A DNA stretch of 64,000 nt from an uncultured Ferrovum sp. GTDB lineage: Bacteria > Pseudomonadota > Gammaproteobacteria > Burkholderiales > Ferrovaceae. This document shows, piece by piece, positions 1 to 10,448 of this stretch (position 1 is the stretch's first letter; each line of letters opens with the position of its first letter). The stretch lies in NCBI GenBank assembly GCA_903909215.1, contig CAIVUX010000022.1, positions 7,609 to 71,608 on the forward strand, written 5' to 3'. Below the pieces are notes generated by a model, which saw only the letters and a list, made by a program, of their open reading frames with translations, was not told where the DNA came from and searched no databases. Made by a program: the position numbers and the translations under genes.

Positions 1-426
1 CACCTTAGCCACCGTGGGGGATAGGGCCACCGCACGATCGCGCGGGGCCACTACCGCTTGCACGCCCATGGCATCCGCCACACGGAGGCAGGCGCCCAGA
101 TTATGGGGGTCCTGAATACCATCCAATACCAGCAGCAACAGCCCCGCACCATTTTGTTCTACCAATTGATCCAAATCCGCCACCAAGGCCACCTCATCCA
201 CCTGTGCTACCACCCCTTGATGATGGCTGGTGCCTGCCATGCCGCTTAAACGGGCCGCGGGTACGGTATGGGGACGCACGCCCGCCCCTTCCGCCAGAGT
301 CAGGAAGTCGCGCGCACGGGGGTCTTTGCGGTCCACATCCACATACAATTCACGCACCGATTCTGGATGGTGGCGCAGACGACTGGCCACAGCATGAAAA
401 CCATAAATCACTTTAAGTCTAGACAC
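1..426 (-). CDS. rlmB: 23S rRNA (guanosine-2'-O)-methyltransferase RlmB, N-terminal part; the 3' end lies beyond the window start
   Basis: My own minus-strand translation gives VSRLKVIYGFHAVASRL...LLLVLDGIQDPHNLGACLRVADAMGVQAVVAPRDRAV. This matches the SpoU/TrmH RlmB N-terminus and the DGxxDPxNLGA motif. A GTG start at 426 lies just downstream of the rnr stop (430-432), the usual rnr-rlmB order. It is absent from the ORF track because it is open at the window edge. Confidence 0.85.
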   Translation of the reverse strand, partial: MSRLKVIYGFHAVASRLRHHPESVRELYVDVDRKDPRARDFLTLAEGAGVRPHTVPAARLSGMAGTSHHQGVVAQVDEVALVADLDQLVEQNGAGLLLLVLDGIQDPHNLGACLRVADAMGVQAVVAPRDRAVALSPTVAKV

Positions 427-429
427 GGC

Positions 430-2766
430 TTATTTCTTCTTTTTGGGTTTAGTGGGCACTGCTTTAGGTGCTTTAGAGGTCGCTTTAGGTGCTTTAGAGG
501 TCGCTTTAGGTGGTTTAGGGGTCTGACCCCGTTTTGCCGCTTTAGGGGTCTGACCCCGGGTTGCCTGTTTTGTCGGTTTTGGGGTCTGACCCCGGTCTGA
601 GGCGGTGACAGATTCTGGTACAAAGTCGATCTTATTGGTTTCCATATCCACCCGCACCAACTGCACACGCACGCGATCGCCTAGGCGATAACGCATGCCG
701 GTGCGTTCGCCCAATAACTGATGGCGTGTGGCGTCATAGCGGAAATAATCGGTGCCCAATTCAGAAATATGCACCAACCCTTCCACATACACTTCATCCA
801 ACGCCACAAACAAACCAAAACTGGTCACCGAGCTGACAGAGCCTGAGAACACTTCACCCACACGGTCTTTCATGTAGAAACACTTGAGCCACGCTTCCAC
901 ATCACGGGTGGCGTCATCCGCCCGACGTTCCGTAAGCGAACAATGAGCCCCAATGGCTTTCCAATCGCCTGGTGCGTAAGTGCTATTGCCCAACACCGCC
1001 CGAATGGCACGATGCACCAGCAAATCGGGATAGCGGCGAATAGGCGATGTGAAATGCGCATACGCTGCATACGCCAAGCCAAAGTGACCGACATTTTCTG
1101 GGTTGTACTGCGCTTGCTGCAAGGAGCGCAACAAGACCGTTTCCAGCAGGCGTTGGTCGGGGCGGCCTTGAATCTTTTTAATAAGCTCGGCGTAATCCGC
1201 CGCTTTGGGTTTATCGCCTCCGGCCAAGTGCAAACCAAATTCTCCCAAGAAATCACGCACCATGGTAAGGCGCTCTGGGGCAGGCACGGGATGAATACGA
1301 TACAAGCAAGCATGTTGATGGCTGGACAAATAATCCGCAGCACAGACGTTGGCCGCCAACATGCATTCTTCAATTAACCGATGGGCGTCGTTGCGCTCAA
1401 CCGGCAAAATGGTTTCAATTTTGCCGCGATCGTCAAATACCATGCGCGTTTCATCGCTGGCAAAATCAATAGCGCCGCGCACCGCACGAGCGGCCAAAAA
1501 TACATGGAAAACTTTTTCTAGGTTTTGCAGCTGAGGAATAATGGGGCGTCGTGCAGAATCCGCCCGCTGTGGGGCTTCCAGAATAGCCGCCACTTCTGTG
1601 TAGGTTAAGCGGGCATGAGAATGCATCACTGCAGGATAAAAACGATACTCGGAAATCTGGCCCTCAGCACTCACCTGCATATCGCACACCATGCATAGGC
1701 GATCTACATTGGGATTGAGTGAACAAAGGCCGTTACTTAAGGCTTCAGGCAGCATGGGTATAACGCGACGAGGAAAATACACACTGTTGCCACGCTCATA
1801 GGCGGTTAAGTCCAACGCATCCTTGGGGCGCACATAAAACGACACGTCCGCAATGGCCACCACCAAGCGATGTCCGTCGCCAGAGGGCTCGGCAAACACG
1901 GCATCATCAAAGTCGCGTGCGGTTTCGCCATCAATGGTGACGAGAGGCAGCTTGCGCAAATCCACACGGCCCTTAATATCCTCTTCCCGCACACCAGCGG
2001 GCAGTTGGGCCGCCAATGCTTCCGCCGCAGGCGAGAACTCGTGAGGCAATTCGTGTTTGCGCAGCGCAATTTCCACTTCCATACCGGGGTCAGCGTAATT
2101 GCCCAACACCTCTACCACACGAGCGATGGGCTCTGATTGTCGGCTGGGCTGCGCCATTAATTCAATCATCACCACTTGGCCGGGGTTAGCGCCATGATGT
2201 TGGCCAGGGGACACCAAAATATCTTGGCTGATGCGCTTGTTCTCCGCCACAGCAAACAGCACTCCTTGCTCTTGAAACAAACGCGCCACCAAACGCGTGT
2301 TCACATGCTCCAAAATTTCCACAATGGTACCCTCTGGGCGGCCACGGGTATCGGTACCAATGGTGCGCACCATGACGCGATCACCATGCAAGACGCGTTG
2401 CATTTCGCGCGTGCCCAAAAAGATGTCGCTGCCGCCGTCTTCACGAATGGCAAAACCGAAACCTTCTGGATGTCCTTCCACGCGCGCTGAAACCAAATCC
2501 AGTTTGGCCGGCAAACAAAGTGCGTTTTTGCGATTGCGCATCAATTGACCATCACGCTCCATGGCGCGCAGGCGACGAGAAAACAACTCGCGCTCGCTCT
2601 CTTGAATGGTGAGCAGTCGTTCAATGCGCTCCACGGTCACCGGCACCCCCTCTTGGGAGAGAATTTGCAAAATGAACTCACGGCTGGGCAAAGGCTCAGG
2701 GTATTGGGTTTTTTCACGCTCCAGATGAGGATCTTGGAGTCGCAGGGGGGTATTTTCTGTTGACAA
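430..2766 (-). CDS. rnr: Ribonuclease R (3'-5' exoribonuclease) with a Lys/Pro-rich repeat-bearing C-terminal tail
   Basis: 778-aa ORF. It carries RNB-domain motifs (VTIDGETARDFDDAV, HFGLAYAAYAHFTSPIRRYPDL), a C-terminal S1 domain and a basic tail. It is collinear with E. coli RNase R as I remember it. TTG at 2766 is the only in-frame start upstream of the conserved DPxxEREK N-terminus. Confidence 0.95.
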   Translation of the reverse strand: MSTENTPLRLQDPHLEREKTQYPEPLPSREFILQILSQEGVPVTVERIERLLTIQESERELFSRRLRAMERDGQLMRNRKNALCLPAKLDLVSARVEGHPEGFGFAIREDGGSDIFLGTREMQRVLHGDRVMVRTIGTDTRGRPEGTIVEILEHVNTRLVARLFQEQGVLFAVAENKRISQDILVSPGQHHGANPGQVVMIELMAQPSRQSEPIARVVEVLGNYADPGMEVEIALRKHELPHEFSPAAEALAAQLPAGVREEDIKGRVDLRKLPLVTIDGETARDFDDAVFAEPSGDGHRLVVAIADVSFYVRPKDALDLTAYERGNSVYFPRRVIPMLPEALSNGLCSLNPNVDRLCMVCDMQVSAEGQISEYRFYPAVMHSHARLTYTEVAAILEAPQRADSARRPIIPQLQNLEKVFHVFLAARAVRGAIDFASDETRMVFDDRGKIETILPVERNDAHRLIEECMLAANVCAADYLSSHQHACLYRIHPVPAPERLTMVRDFLGEFGLHLAGGDKPKAADYAELIKKIQGRPDQRLLETVLLRSLQQAQYNPENVGHFGLAYAAYAHFTSPIRRYPDLLVHRAIRAVLGNSTYAPGDWKAIGAHCSLTERRADDATRDVEAWLKCFYMKDRVGEVFSGSVSSVTSFGLFVALDEVYVEGLVHISELGTDYFRYDATRHQLLGERTGMRYRLGDRVRVQLVRVDMETNKIDFVPESVTASDRGQTPKPTKQATRGQTPKAAKRGQTPKPPKATSKAPKATSKAPKAVPTKPKKKK
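461..523. repeat. 21-bp tandem repeat (about 3 units of gctttaggtgctttagaggtc) inside the rnr 3' end
   Basis: Units at 461-481 and 482-502 are identical. A third diverged unit at 503-523 runs into the first palindrome copy. On the minus strand it encodes KATSKAP-KATSKAP in the RNase R tail. Confidence 0.9.
518..593. repeat. Three direct copies of the 13-bp palindrome GGGGTCTGACCCC (518-530, 545-557, 581-593) within the rnr tail
   Basis: Exact matches read from the sequence. Each is translated on the minus strand as R-G-Q-T-P-K. Spacing between copies is 27 and 36 nt, both multiples of 3. Confidence 0.95.
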
Positions 2767-2787
2767 AATCAGGGTGTCCTTTATAAT
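2760..2787 (+). promoter_or_regulatory. Near-consensus sigma70-type promoter (TTGACA-N16-TATAAT), probably driving tRNA-Leu
   Basis: TTGACA at 2760-2765 and TATAAT at 2782-2787, about 64 nt upstream of the tRNA 5' end. The -35 hexamer overlaps the rnr TTG start on the opposite strand. Confidence 0.5.
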
Positions 2788-2850
2788 CCTACGGTTACGC
2801 GCAGTGGGAAGTGTTTGCCGGTTGTTTTAGGCCGACCCTCTCACTATCGT

Positions 2851-2937
2851 GCCCAGATGGCGGAATTGGTAGACGCACTAGGTTCAGGTCCTAGCGGTGG
2901 CAACACTGTGGAGGTTCGAGTCCTCTTCTGGGCACCA
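2851..2937 (+). tRNA. tRNA-Leu (anticodon CAG), class II with long variable arm, CCA encoded
   Basis: Acceptor stem GCCCAGA/TCTGGGC. D-arm GCGGAATTGGTAGACGC. Anticodon stem-loop CTAGG-TTCAGGT-CCTAG. Long variable arm, T-loop GGTTCGAGTCC, and 3' ACCA. Confidence 0.95.
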
Positions 2938-2967
2938 CCTGAAGTTCCAAAAACGCCGCAGCGACGC

Positions 2968-4281
<1,314 letters not shown>

Positions 4282-4299
4282 TCAATCTAAAATAAAGAA

Positions 4300-5271
4300 T
4301 TATGCTGCTGTAGGCAATACGGGCAACAACTCGCGCAGGTCTAAGCTAAACCCTGTAGCGGGCCGTGCGCGACCAAAGGCGCGCCCCACCTCATCATAAC
4401 GACCACCCCGTGCCACGGCATCAGAAAAGCCCTCTGCGTAGGCTGCAAAAACCAACCCGCTATGATAGTGATAACCGCGCAACTCGGCCAAATCAAATGA
4501 TAAGGTAACCTTATCTGCAAAACGTTGCGCCACCGCTTCTAATTGCGTAAGCGCGTCATCCACTTCGGGAATGTTGGGCAACTGCTGGCGGGCCAATACC
4601 AATACTGCACTGTCGCCATTGAGCTGAGGCAGTAAGCGCATGGCGTCGCGCAACGCGGGTTCAAGTGCTTTAGACATTTCGTGCAAACTGGGCGCATCTT
4701 TATTTTGCAGCACCTGAAACCATTCGGCTTCGGTTTTGGCATCTAGCCCACAAAGGCGCGATAGACCACGAAACAAGCCCACATGCCCCACATCCAACGT
4801 CACGGTGGGTAAGCCCACTTCTTTTAGGGAATCCAGCATCAATTGTTGAATTTCTAGATCTCCTGCAATACCCTCAAGGCCATAAATTTCGGCACCTACT
4901 TGAAAGGGTTCGCGAGAGAGGCTTAAGCCCTCGGGCCGGGTATGCAAAATACTGCCGGCATAGCATAAGCGGTTAACTCCTTGGTGATTCATGCCATGAG
5001 CATCGATGCGGGCCACTTGTGGCGTCATATCCGCACGCAACCCAAGCTGACGGCCACTCATTTGGTCCACCAACTTGAAGGTGAGTAAATCCATGTCGCG
5101 ACCGGTGCCGGTAAAGAGCGAATCCACATATTCCAAAAGGGGTGGAATAACCAATTGGTAGTCGCGCGCACGGAATAAATCCAACAGACAACGGCGAGAG
5201 CCTTCCAGACGCCAGGCGTCGGGAGGTAAAATGTCTTCGAGGTTGTCGGGCAATAGCCAGCGATAGGTCAT
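4300..5271 (-). CDS. hisZ: ATP phosphoribosyltransferase regulatory subunit HisZ (HisRS paralogue without anticodon-binding domain)
   Basis: 323 aa with a class II aaRS-like core (GGRYDEVGRAFGRARPATGFSLDL). It sits in the conserved position upstream of purA and downstream of hflC. Confidence 0.8.
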   Translation of the reverse strand: MTYRWLLPDNLEDILPPDAWRLEGSRRCLLDLFRARDYQLVIPPLLEYVDSLFTGTGRDMDLLTFKLVDQMSGRQLGLRADMTPQVARIDAHGMNHQGVNRLCYAGSILHTRPEGLSLSREPFQVGAEIYGLEGIAGDLEIQQLMLDSLKEVGLPTVTLDVGHVGLFRGLSRLCGLDAKTEAEWFQVLQNKDAPSLHEMSKALEPALRDAMRLLPQLNGDSAVLVLARQQLPNIPEVDDALTQLEAVAQRFADKVTLSFDLAELRGYHYHSGLVFAAYAEGFSDAVARGGRYDEVGRAFGRARPATGFSLDLRELLPVLPTAA

Positions 5272-5293
5272 TTCACCACCCGGAAGAGTCCAG

Positions 5294-6175
5294 CTACTTT
5301 TTAGAAGTAGTGGCTGATGGATTTTTAAAGTATCGGAAAAAATCCGATGACGGATCGAGCATCAACACATCACCTTTGTTTTTAAGGCCCATTTGATAGC
5401 TTTCCAAACTGCGATAGAAGGCATAAAACTCAGGGTTATGGCTGTAAGCAGCGTTATAAATAGACGATGCTTTGGCGTCGCCCGCCCCTTTGATGTGCTG
5501 TGCATCACGAAAGGCTTCAGCCAAAATCACTTCCCGTTGTCGTTCGGCGTTGGCGCGAATTTTTTCTGCGTCCCCCGCACCGGTAGAGCGTAATTCATTG
5601 GCCACGCGTTTGCGTTCAGCTTCCATGCGACGATAGACCGATTCACTCACTTCAGGGGTCAGTTCCACGCGGCGAATGCGCACATCCAATACCTGCACAC
5701 CAATTTGCCGCGCTTCGCTGTCGGCGCGGGCGCGCATAGAGCCCATTATTTTTTCTCGCTCACCAGAGACCGCTTCATGCACGGTGCGTTTGGCAAACTC
5801 AGAGCGCAGGTCATCGTTAACGGTTTGGGTAAGCCGCACCTGGGCGCGACGCTCATCACCGCCCACGCTCACATAAAACTGTTTAACATCAGCGATGCGG
5901 TACTTTACAAAATAATCTACCAACAAAGGTTTCTTTTCTGAAGTAATAAAGCGTTCTGGGTCCTTGTTATCCAGCGTTTGAATGCGGGTATCGAAGGAGC
6001 GGATGTTTTGCACCAAAGGTAATTTAAAATACAACCCTGGAGTAGTGCGCACCGCAACGACTTCACCCAATTGAAACACCAAGGTGCTTTGTGTTTGGTT
6101 GACCGTGTAAATGCTGAGGGACGCCACCAACACGACCACCGCAATCCCAATTAAATAAGCCCCAATATCTTTCAT
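5294..6175 (-). CDS. hflC: Protease modulator HflC (SPFH/band 7)
   Basis: 293 aa with an N-terminal TM segment and an SPFH domain. Its start overlaps the hflK stop by 4 nt. Confidence 0.9.
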   Translation of the reverse strand: MKDIGAYLIGIAVVVLVASLSIYTVNQTQSTLVFQLGEVVAVRTTPGLYFKLPLVQNIRSFDTRIQTLDNKDPERFITSEKKPLLVDYFVKYRIADVKQFYVSVGGDERRAQVRLTQTVNDDLRSEFAKRTVHEAVSGEREKIMGSMRARADSEARQIGVQVLDVRIRRVELTPEVSESVYRRMEAERKRVANELRSTGAGDAEKIRANAERQREVILAEAFRDAQHIKGAGDAKASSIYNAAYSHNPEFYAFYRSLESYQMGLKNKGDVLMLDPSSDFFRYFKNPSATTSKK

Positions 6176-7446
6176 GGACGTACCTCCCGGTCGCGAGTGC
6201 GGAAGGTGTCGCGGGAACGGCTATCCGCGGAGGCATCCGTTTGTGGTGGTGTGGCTGGAGCCACGGTGCTAATCGGCGCTGCACTGGCAGGCACTGCAGG
6301 TGCAGCAGCACTGGTAGGGGCAGCTCCTGCTCCGGCGCGCGCGGCATCACCCGCAGCATCCGCTGCGCCACTGGCTTGAATCAACTTATCCAGCGGCAAG
6401 AATAATAAATTAGAGCCTGATTTTTGATCTGACACGACCTTGGTGGTGTTGCTTAACACTTGCTGCATCATGTCTTGATACAGGCGCTGGCGTGTCACTT
6501 CAGGTGCCTTCACATACTCGGCCAGCACTTGTTTAAAACGGCTGGCATCCCCTTCCGCGCGGGCCACCACCCGTTGGTTGTAGGCCTTGGCTTCTTCCAT
6601 TAATCGCGAGGCCATGCCGCGTGCTCGGGGCACAATGTCATTGGAGTAAGCTTGGCCTTCGTTGGTTTGGCGTTCACGGTCTTGGCCGGCCTTAACTGCG
6701 TCATCGAAGGCGGCCTGCACTTGTTCGGGCGGTTGCGCATTTTGCATGTTGACCTTACTAATGGAAATGCCTGCTTGATAGCGGTCTAAAATTTGCTGCA
6801 TCAACTTAGCGGAATCATCGGCAATTTGCGAGCGGCCCTCATACAGTACAAAATCCATTTTATTGCGCCCCACCACTTCACGGATGGAGGTTTCGGCCAC
6901 CTGCATCACCGCTTCATCAGGGTCGCGGTTGTTAAACAAAAAGGCTTGCGGGTCTTTAATGGTGTACTGAATGGCAAATTGGTTATCAATGATATTTTCA
7001 TCATCGGTAAGCATGAGCGATTCGTGCAGCACCTTAGACTTTAAATTGCTGCGATAGCCCAATTCCACCGTGCGCACCTGTGACACATTAAGCGGGCTGC
7101 CTTCGGCTTGGGTTTCGATGGGGAACGGCAGATGCCAATGAGGGCCGGGATTGGTGGTTTCTTGAAACTTACCAAAACGCAAAATAACGCCAATACGCCC
7201 AGCGTCCACAATGTAGAACCCGGAGAGGATCCACACCACCAACACGCCACCCAATACCACCATTAAGGCGCTGCGTCCGGAGGGTAACTTATCACCAAAA
7301 TTAGGCCCGGAGGGAGCTCCTGGAGGGTTTTGGCCAGGACCACGGCCAGAGGCCTTCAGTCGTTGCACAAAACGCCGCCAGATCTCATCAAGATCAGGGG
7401 GGGCACCGTTCTTATTCATGCCCCATTGGGGATCACTCATAGCCAT
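6172..7446 (-). CDS. hflK: Protease modulator HflK (SPFH/band 7) with Ala/Pro-rich C-terminal tail
   Basis: 424 aa. N-terminal GPPDLDEIWRRF, a TM segment and an SPFH domain. Order is hflX-hflK-hflC. Confidence 0.9.
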   Translation of the reverse strand: MAMSDPQWGMNKNGAPPDLDEIWRRFVQRLKASGRGPGQNPPGAPSGPNFGDKLPSGRSALMVVLGGVLVVWILSGFYIVDAGRIGVILRFGKFQETTNPGPHWHLPFPIETQAEGSPLNVSQVRTVELGYRSNLKSKVLHESLMLTDDENIIDNQFAIQYTIKDPQAFLFNNRDPDEAVMQVAETSIREVVGRNKMDFVLYEGRSQIADDSAKLMQQILDRYQAGISISKVNMQNAQPPEQVQAAFDDAVKAGQDRERQTNEGQAYSNDIVPRARGMASRLMEEAKAYNQRVVARAEGDASRFKQVLAEYVKAPEVTRQRLYQDMMQQVLSNTTKVVSDQKSGSNLLFLPLDKLIQASGAADAAGDAARAGAGAAPTSAAAPAVPASAAPISTVAPATPPQTDASADSRSRDTFRTRDREVRP

Positions 7447-7460
7447 TCGGGGTTATTTAC

Positions 7461-8675
7461 CTATGTTTCAGTTGAAAGTTCTGGGGTGTCGACGCTTTCC
7501 TGACGACGCTGGCACCATTCCACAAAGGCTTGCGAGATAAAACCCAAGCCATTGTTCGTCTGGGCACTGACCCTAATCGCACAAATTGTACCATAGGCGT
7601 CGCGTTCTACCCCCGCGGTTACTTGGGGCAAAAGGTCTTGTTTATTGTAAATCAAGAGTTGGGGAATATGCTCGGCACCAATTTCAGCCAGCACGTCATT
7701 AACCGCCTCAATATGCTGATTTCGCAGGGGATCTGCACCATCCACCACATGCAACAATAAATCAGCGTCTAGGGTTTCTTCTAATGTGGCACGGAAGGCG
7801 GCCACCAAGGCATGGGGTAGGTGGCGAATAAAACCCACCGTATCAGAAAGCACCACGCTCTCCTGAGGATTAAGGTAGAACTTACGCGTGGTGGTGTCTA
7901 GAGTGGCAAAGAGTTGATCCGCGGCATAGGACTGCGCACCCGTTAAGCGATTAAACAGGGTGGATTTGCCGGCGTTGGTGTAACCCACCAACGATACACG
8001 CAGCAACCCGGCACGGCTGCGCGCCTGACGTTGTGTGCGGTGATTGCGCCGCACCTTCTCCAAACGCTCTTTAAGACTTTTAACTCGCTTGGCCAATAGG
8101 CGACGATCGGTTTCCAATTGGGTTTCCCCCGGACCGCGCAAGCCAATCCCCCCTTTTTGCCGCTCTAAGTGGGTCCAACCCCGCACCAGGCGAGTAGCCA
8201 AGCGCTGTAATTGCGCCAGCTCCACCTGCAGCTGACCCTCGTGACTGCGAGCGCGTTGTGCAAAAATATCCAAAATTAAGCTAGTGCGATCAATCACGCG
8301 GCATCCTAAGGCGTTTTCTAGATTGCGCTCTTGGGCGGGAGAGATGTCGTGGTTAAAAATAACCAAACCAACCTGATCAGCTTGGACGCGATCGGCAATC
8401 TCTTGCAACTTACCGCTTCCCACAAAGGTGGCGGAATCGGGTTTGGCTCGCTTACCCAGAACCGCATTCACTACAGTGAGGGCCGCGCTTTGCGCCAATA
8501 GCCGCAATTCGTCCAGGTCATTGGCCGCGTTATTGCGACCCAGATCAAGACTGACCAACAAGGCGTGATCGGGCAAACCTAGGGCGCGATCGGTGCGCTC
8601 TAGAGCGCCAACAGTCAGCGGCCGGCTTTGGGGGGATTTTCGACCCCGGCCCGCCAATGGGCCAGAATCCGTCAT
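7461..8675 (-). CDS. hflX: GTPase HflX
   Basis: G-domain motifs are present (GYTNAGKSTLFN, DTVGF, NKQD). I trimmed the track ORF (..8810) to the ATG at 8675, just downstream of the hfq stop (8683-8685). The longer version would overlap hfq. Confidence 0.9.
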   Translation of the reverse strand: MTDSGPLAGRGRKSPQSRPLTVGALERTDRALGLPDHALLVSLDLGRNNAANDLDELRLLAQSAALTVVNAVLGKRAKPDSATFVGSGKLQEIADRVQADQVGLVIFNHDISPAQERNLENALGCRVIDRTSLILDIFAQRARSHEGQLQVELAQLQRLATRLVRGWTHLERQKGGIGLRGPGETQLETDRRLLAKRVKSLKERLEKVRRNHRTQRQARSRAGLLRVSLVGYTNAGKSTLFNRLTGAQSYAADQLFATLDTTTRKFYLNPQESVVLSDTVGFIRHLPHALVAAFRATLEETLDADLLLHVVDGADPLRNQHIEAVNDVLAEIGAEHIPQLLIYNKQDLLPQVTAGVERDAYGTICAIRVSAQTNNGLGFISQAFVEWCQRRQESVDTPELSTET

Positions 8676-8682
8676 TGCGCCA

Positions 8683-8928
8683 TCAATCCTCAGCGGCAGC
8701 GTCGGAGGAAGAAGGCATAGTAACCGAACGTGCCGGCACGACCGTAGAAATAGCGTGCTTATAGACCATTTGGGTGGTGGTATTTTTAAGCAACACCACG
8801 TATTGGTCAAAGGACTCTACCTGACCCTGCAATTTAATACCGTTGACCAAGTAGATAGAGACGGGAATATGCTCTTTGCGCAAAGCATTTAAGAATGGGT
8901 CTTGTAATAATTGCCCTTTAACACTCAT
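8683..8928 (-). CDS. hfq: RNA chaperone Hfq
   Basis: [47 protein letters not shown] is the canonical Sm1/Sm2 core. The start was moved to the ATG at 8928 (the track begins 4 codons earlier). Confidence 0.97.
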   Translation of the reverse strand: MSVKGQLLQDPFLNALRKEHIPVSIYLVNGIKLQGQVESFDQYVVLLKNTTTQMVYKHAISTVVPARSVTMPSSSDAAAED

Positions 8929-9014
8929 GTGATACTCCAATTTATTATTATTAAAAATGAAACAATGTTTAACTTTACTGCATTTTCACTGCAATTGCCA
9001 GAAGCCTCGCGGCA

Positions 9015-10421
9015 TTAGCGTTTACCGTACATTTTTCGACCGCGTCGGCGTTGGCGTCGTGCTTGATTTTCTTCTGACTCGGTAAGCGGTTTGGGCTTGC
9101 GGTCCGCGAAGGGGTTATGCCCCTGACGGAACTCCACCCGCAAAGGGGTGCCGCGCAATTTAAAGGCCTCACGAAAGGTGTTCTCTAAATAACGCTTATA
9201 CGATTCAGACACATGCGCCACGGCAGAACCATGCACCACCACAATCGGAGGGTTGTGACCCCCTTGGTGAGCGTAGCGCAGCTTAGGTCGAAACGGCCCT
9301 GCCTTGGGGGGTTGATGTTGCACCACCGCCGCCATTAAGACGCGCGTCAGTTTGGGCGTGGGCAGTCGCGACATGGCCGCACCATAAGCTGCATCCACCG
9401 CGGGCAACACCGCCTTAACCCCAGCACCCGTTAAAGCCGAAATAAACAAGGTGTCGGCAAAGCTTAAAAAGCCCAGTTTGCGCGACAACTCATTCTTCAC
9501 CATTTCACGCCGGTAATTGTCCGTGCCATCCCATTTATTTACGGCCACTACCACAGCGCGACCAGCATTCAACACATAACCTGCTATATGCGCATCCTGA
9601 TCTGAAATATCTTGTTGCGCATCGAGGGTTAACACCACCACATTACAATCTTCTACCGCTTGCATGGTTTTAATTACGGAAAACTTTTCAATAGTCTCAA
9701 ACACCTTACCGCGCCGGCGCAGGCCTGCGGTATCAATGAGAACGTAGCGTTTGCCGTTGCGTTCAAAATCCACTGCAATACTGTCGCGCGTAGTGCCCGG
9801 TTGATCGAAGGCAATCATGCGCTCCTCACCCAACAACTCATTCACCAAAGTAGATTTGCCCACATTAGGGCGACCGATAATGGCAATGCGTGGTATTTTT
9901 TCTTTTTCAGGTTCTGCAGGAGGTTCAGGCTGAAAGCCTGCCAAAACCTGCTCAACCAAGTCACCAATACCTTCCCCGTGCGCAGAAGAGATGGGGAGCG
10001 GTATTCCCAAACCCAGTTCATGAAATTCTGCGGTCACCACATCCACGCGCATCCCTTCCACTTTGTTCACCGCTAAGGCGACAATTTTTCCGCGCCGCCG
10101 CAACTCTTCTGCAATAAGATGATCTGCTGGCGTAAGACCGGAGCGGCCGTCGGTTAAGAAGATGACGCGATCAGCTTCATCAATGGCCTGCAGAGTTTGG
10201 CGCGCCATCTCCACCAAAATGCCATCGTCGGATACGGGTTCGAAGCCACCGGTGTCAATAACCAAATAGGCAATATCATCGGCTACGGCACGGCCATAAT
10301 GGCGATCGCGGGTCAACCCTGGCAAATCAGCAACCAGTGCATCGCGCGATTTGGTTAAGCGGTTAAAGAGCGTGGACTTGCCCACATTGGGGCGGCCCAC
10401 AATGGCTACGGTTGGTAACAT
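9015..10421 (-). CDS. der: Ribosome-associated GTPase Der/EngA (tandem G domains + KH-like domain)
   Basis: 468 aa with two [11 protein letters not shown]-loops, NKVE and NKWD motifs, and a basic C-terminal tail. Confidence 0.95.
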   Translation of the reverse strand: MLPTVAIVGRPNVGKSTLFNRLTKSRDALVADLPGLTRDRHYGRAVADDIAYLVIDTGGFEPVSDDGILVEMARQTLQAIDEADRVIFLTDGRSGLTPADHLIAEELRRRGKIVALAVNKVEGMRVDVVTAEFHELGLGIPLPISSAHGEGIGDLVEQVLAGFQPEPPAEPEKEKIPRIAIIGRPNVGKSTLVNELLGEERMIAFDQPGTTRDSIAVDFERNGKRYVLIDTAGLRRRGKVFETIEKFSVIKTMQAVEDCNVVVLTLDAQQDISDQDAHIAGYVLNAGRAVVVAVNKWDGTDNYRREMVKNELSRKLGFLSFADTLFISALTGAGVKAVLPAVDAAYGAAMSRLPTPKLTRVLMAAVVQHQPPKAGPFRPKLRYAHQGGHNPPIVVVHGSAVAHVSESYKRYLENTFREAFKLRGTPLRVEFRQGHNPFADRKPKPLTESEENQARRQRRRGRKMYGKR

Positions 10422-10448
10422 GGTGACAGGATTCGCCTAAAAGATTCG

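Noticed and set aside
461-600. Short regularly spaced repeats that could superficially suggest a mini-CRISPR array.
   Set aside because: The repeats are 13-21 bp with 14-23-nt gaps. They lie in frame within rnr and encode a basic tail. There are no cas genes and no leader. This is not CRISPR-like.
268-668. Plus- and minus-strand alternative ORFs (268..600 +, 408..668 -) with striking repeats such as FRCFRGRFRCFRG and KRPLKHLKRPLKHLK.
   Set aside because: They are off-frame readings of the 21-bp tandem repeat and palindrome copies inside the well-supported rnr frame. No independent coding evidence exists.
2851-2937. tRNA-Leu as an integration site for the trb island.
   Set aside because: The tRNA is 29 kb away from the trb genes, with uninterrupted conserved core synteny in between. 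No partial tRNA repeat was seen near 32000 or 38350.
4300-5271. HisZ is only 323 aa, shorter than the roughly 380-390-aa proteobacterial HisZ proteins I remember. Possible truncation.
   Set aside because: The ORF ends 36 nt before purA with no downstream remnant, the core motifs are intact, and short HisZ proteins of about 275-330 aa are known in other bacteria. There is no evidence of a pseudogene.
6180-6380. Ala/Pro-rich low-complexity region at the hflK 3' end, and a similar tract in dnaX (about 47230-47430), as possible repeats or foreign inserts.
   Set aside because: I could see no exact DNA repeat units. Such linkers are common in these proteins in GC-rich proteobacteria.
7461-8810. 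N-terminal extensions in the ORF track for hflX, hfq, ndk, accA, alr, dnaX, ispF, rodZ-like, the CN-hydrolase, the histidine kinase, the PagL-like gene and folA.
   Set aside because: The extensions overlap upstream genes, an RNA gene or the repeat element, and they lack homology to the conserved N-termini. The internal ATG or GTG matching the family N-terminus, often in an ATGA/GTGA overlap, was preferred.
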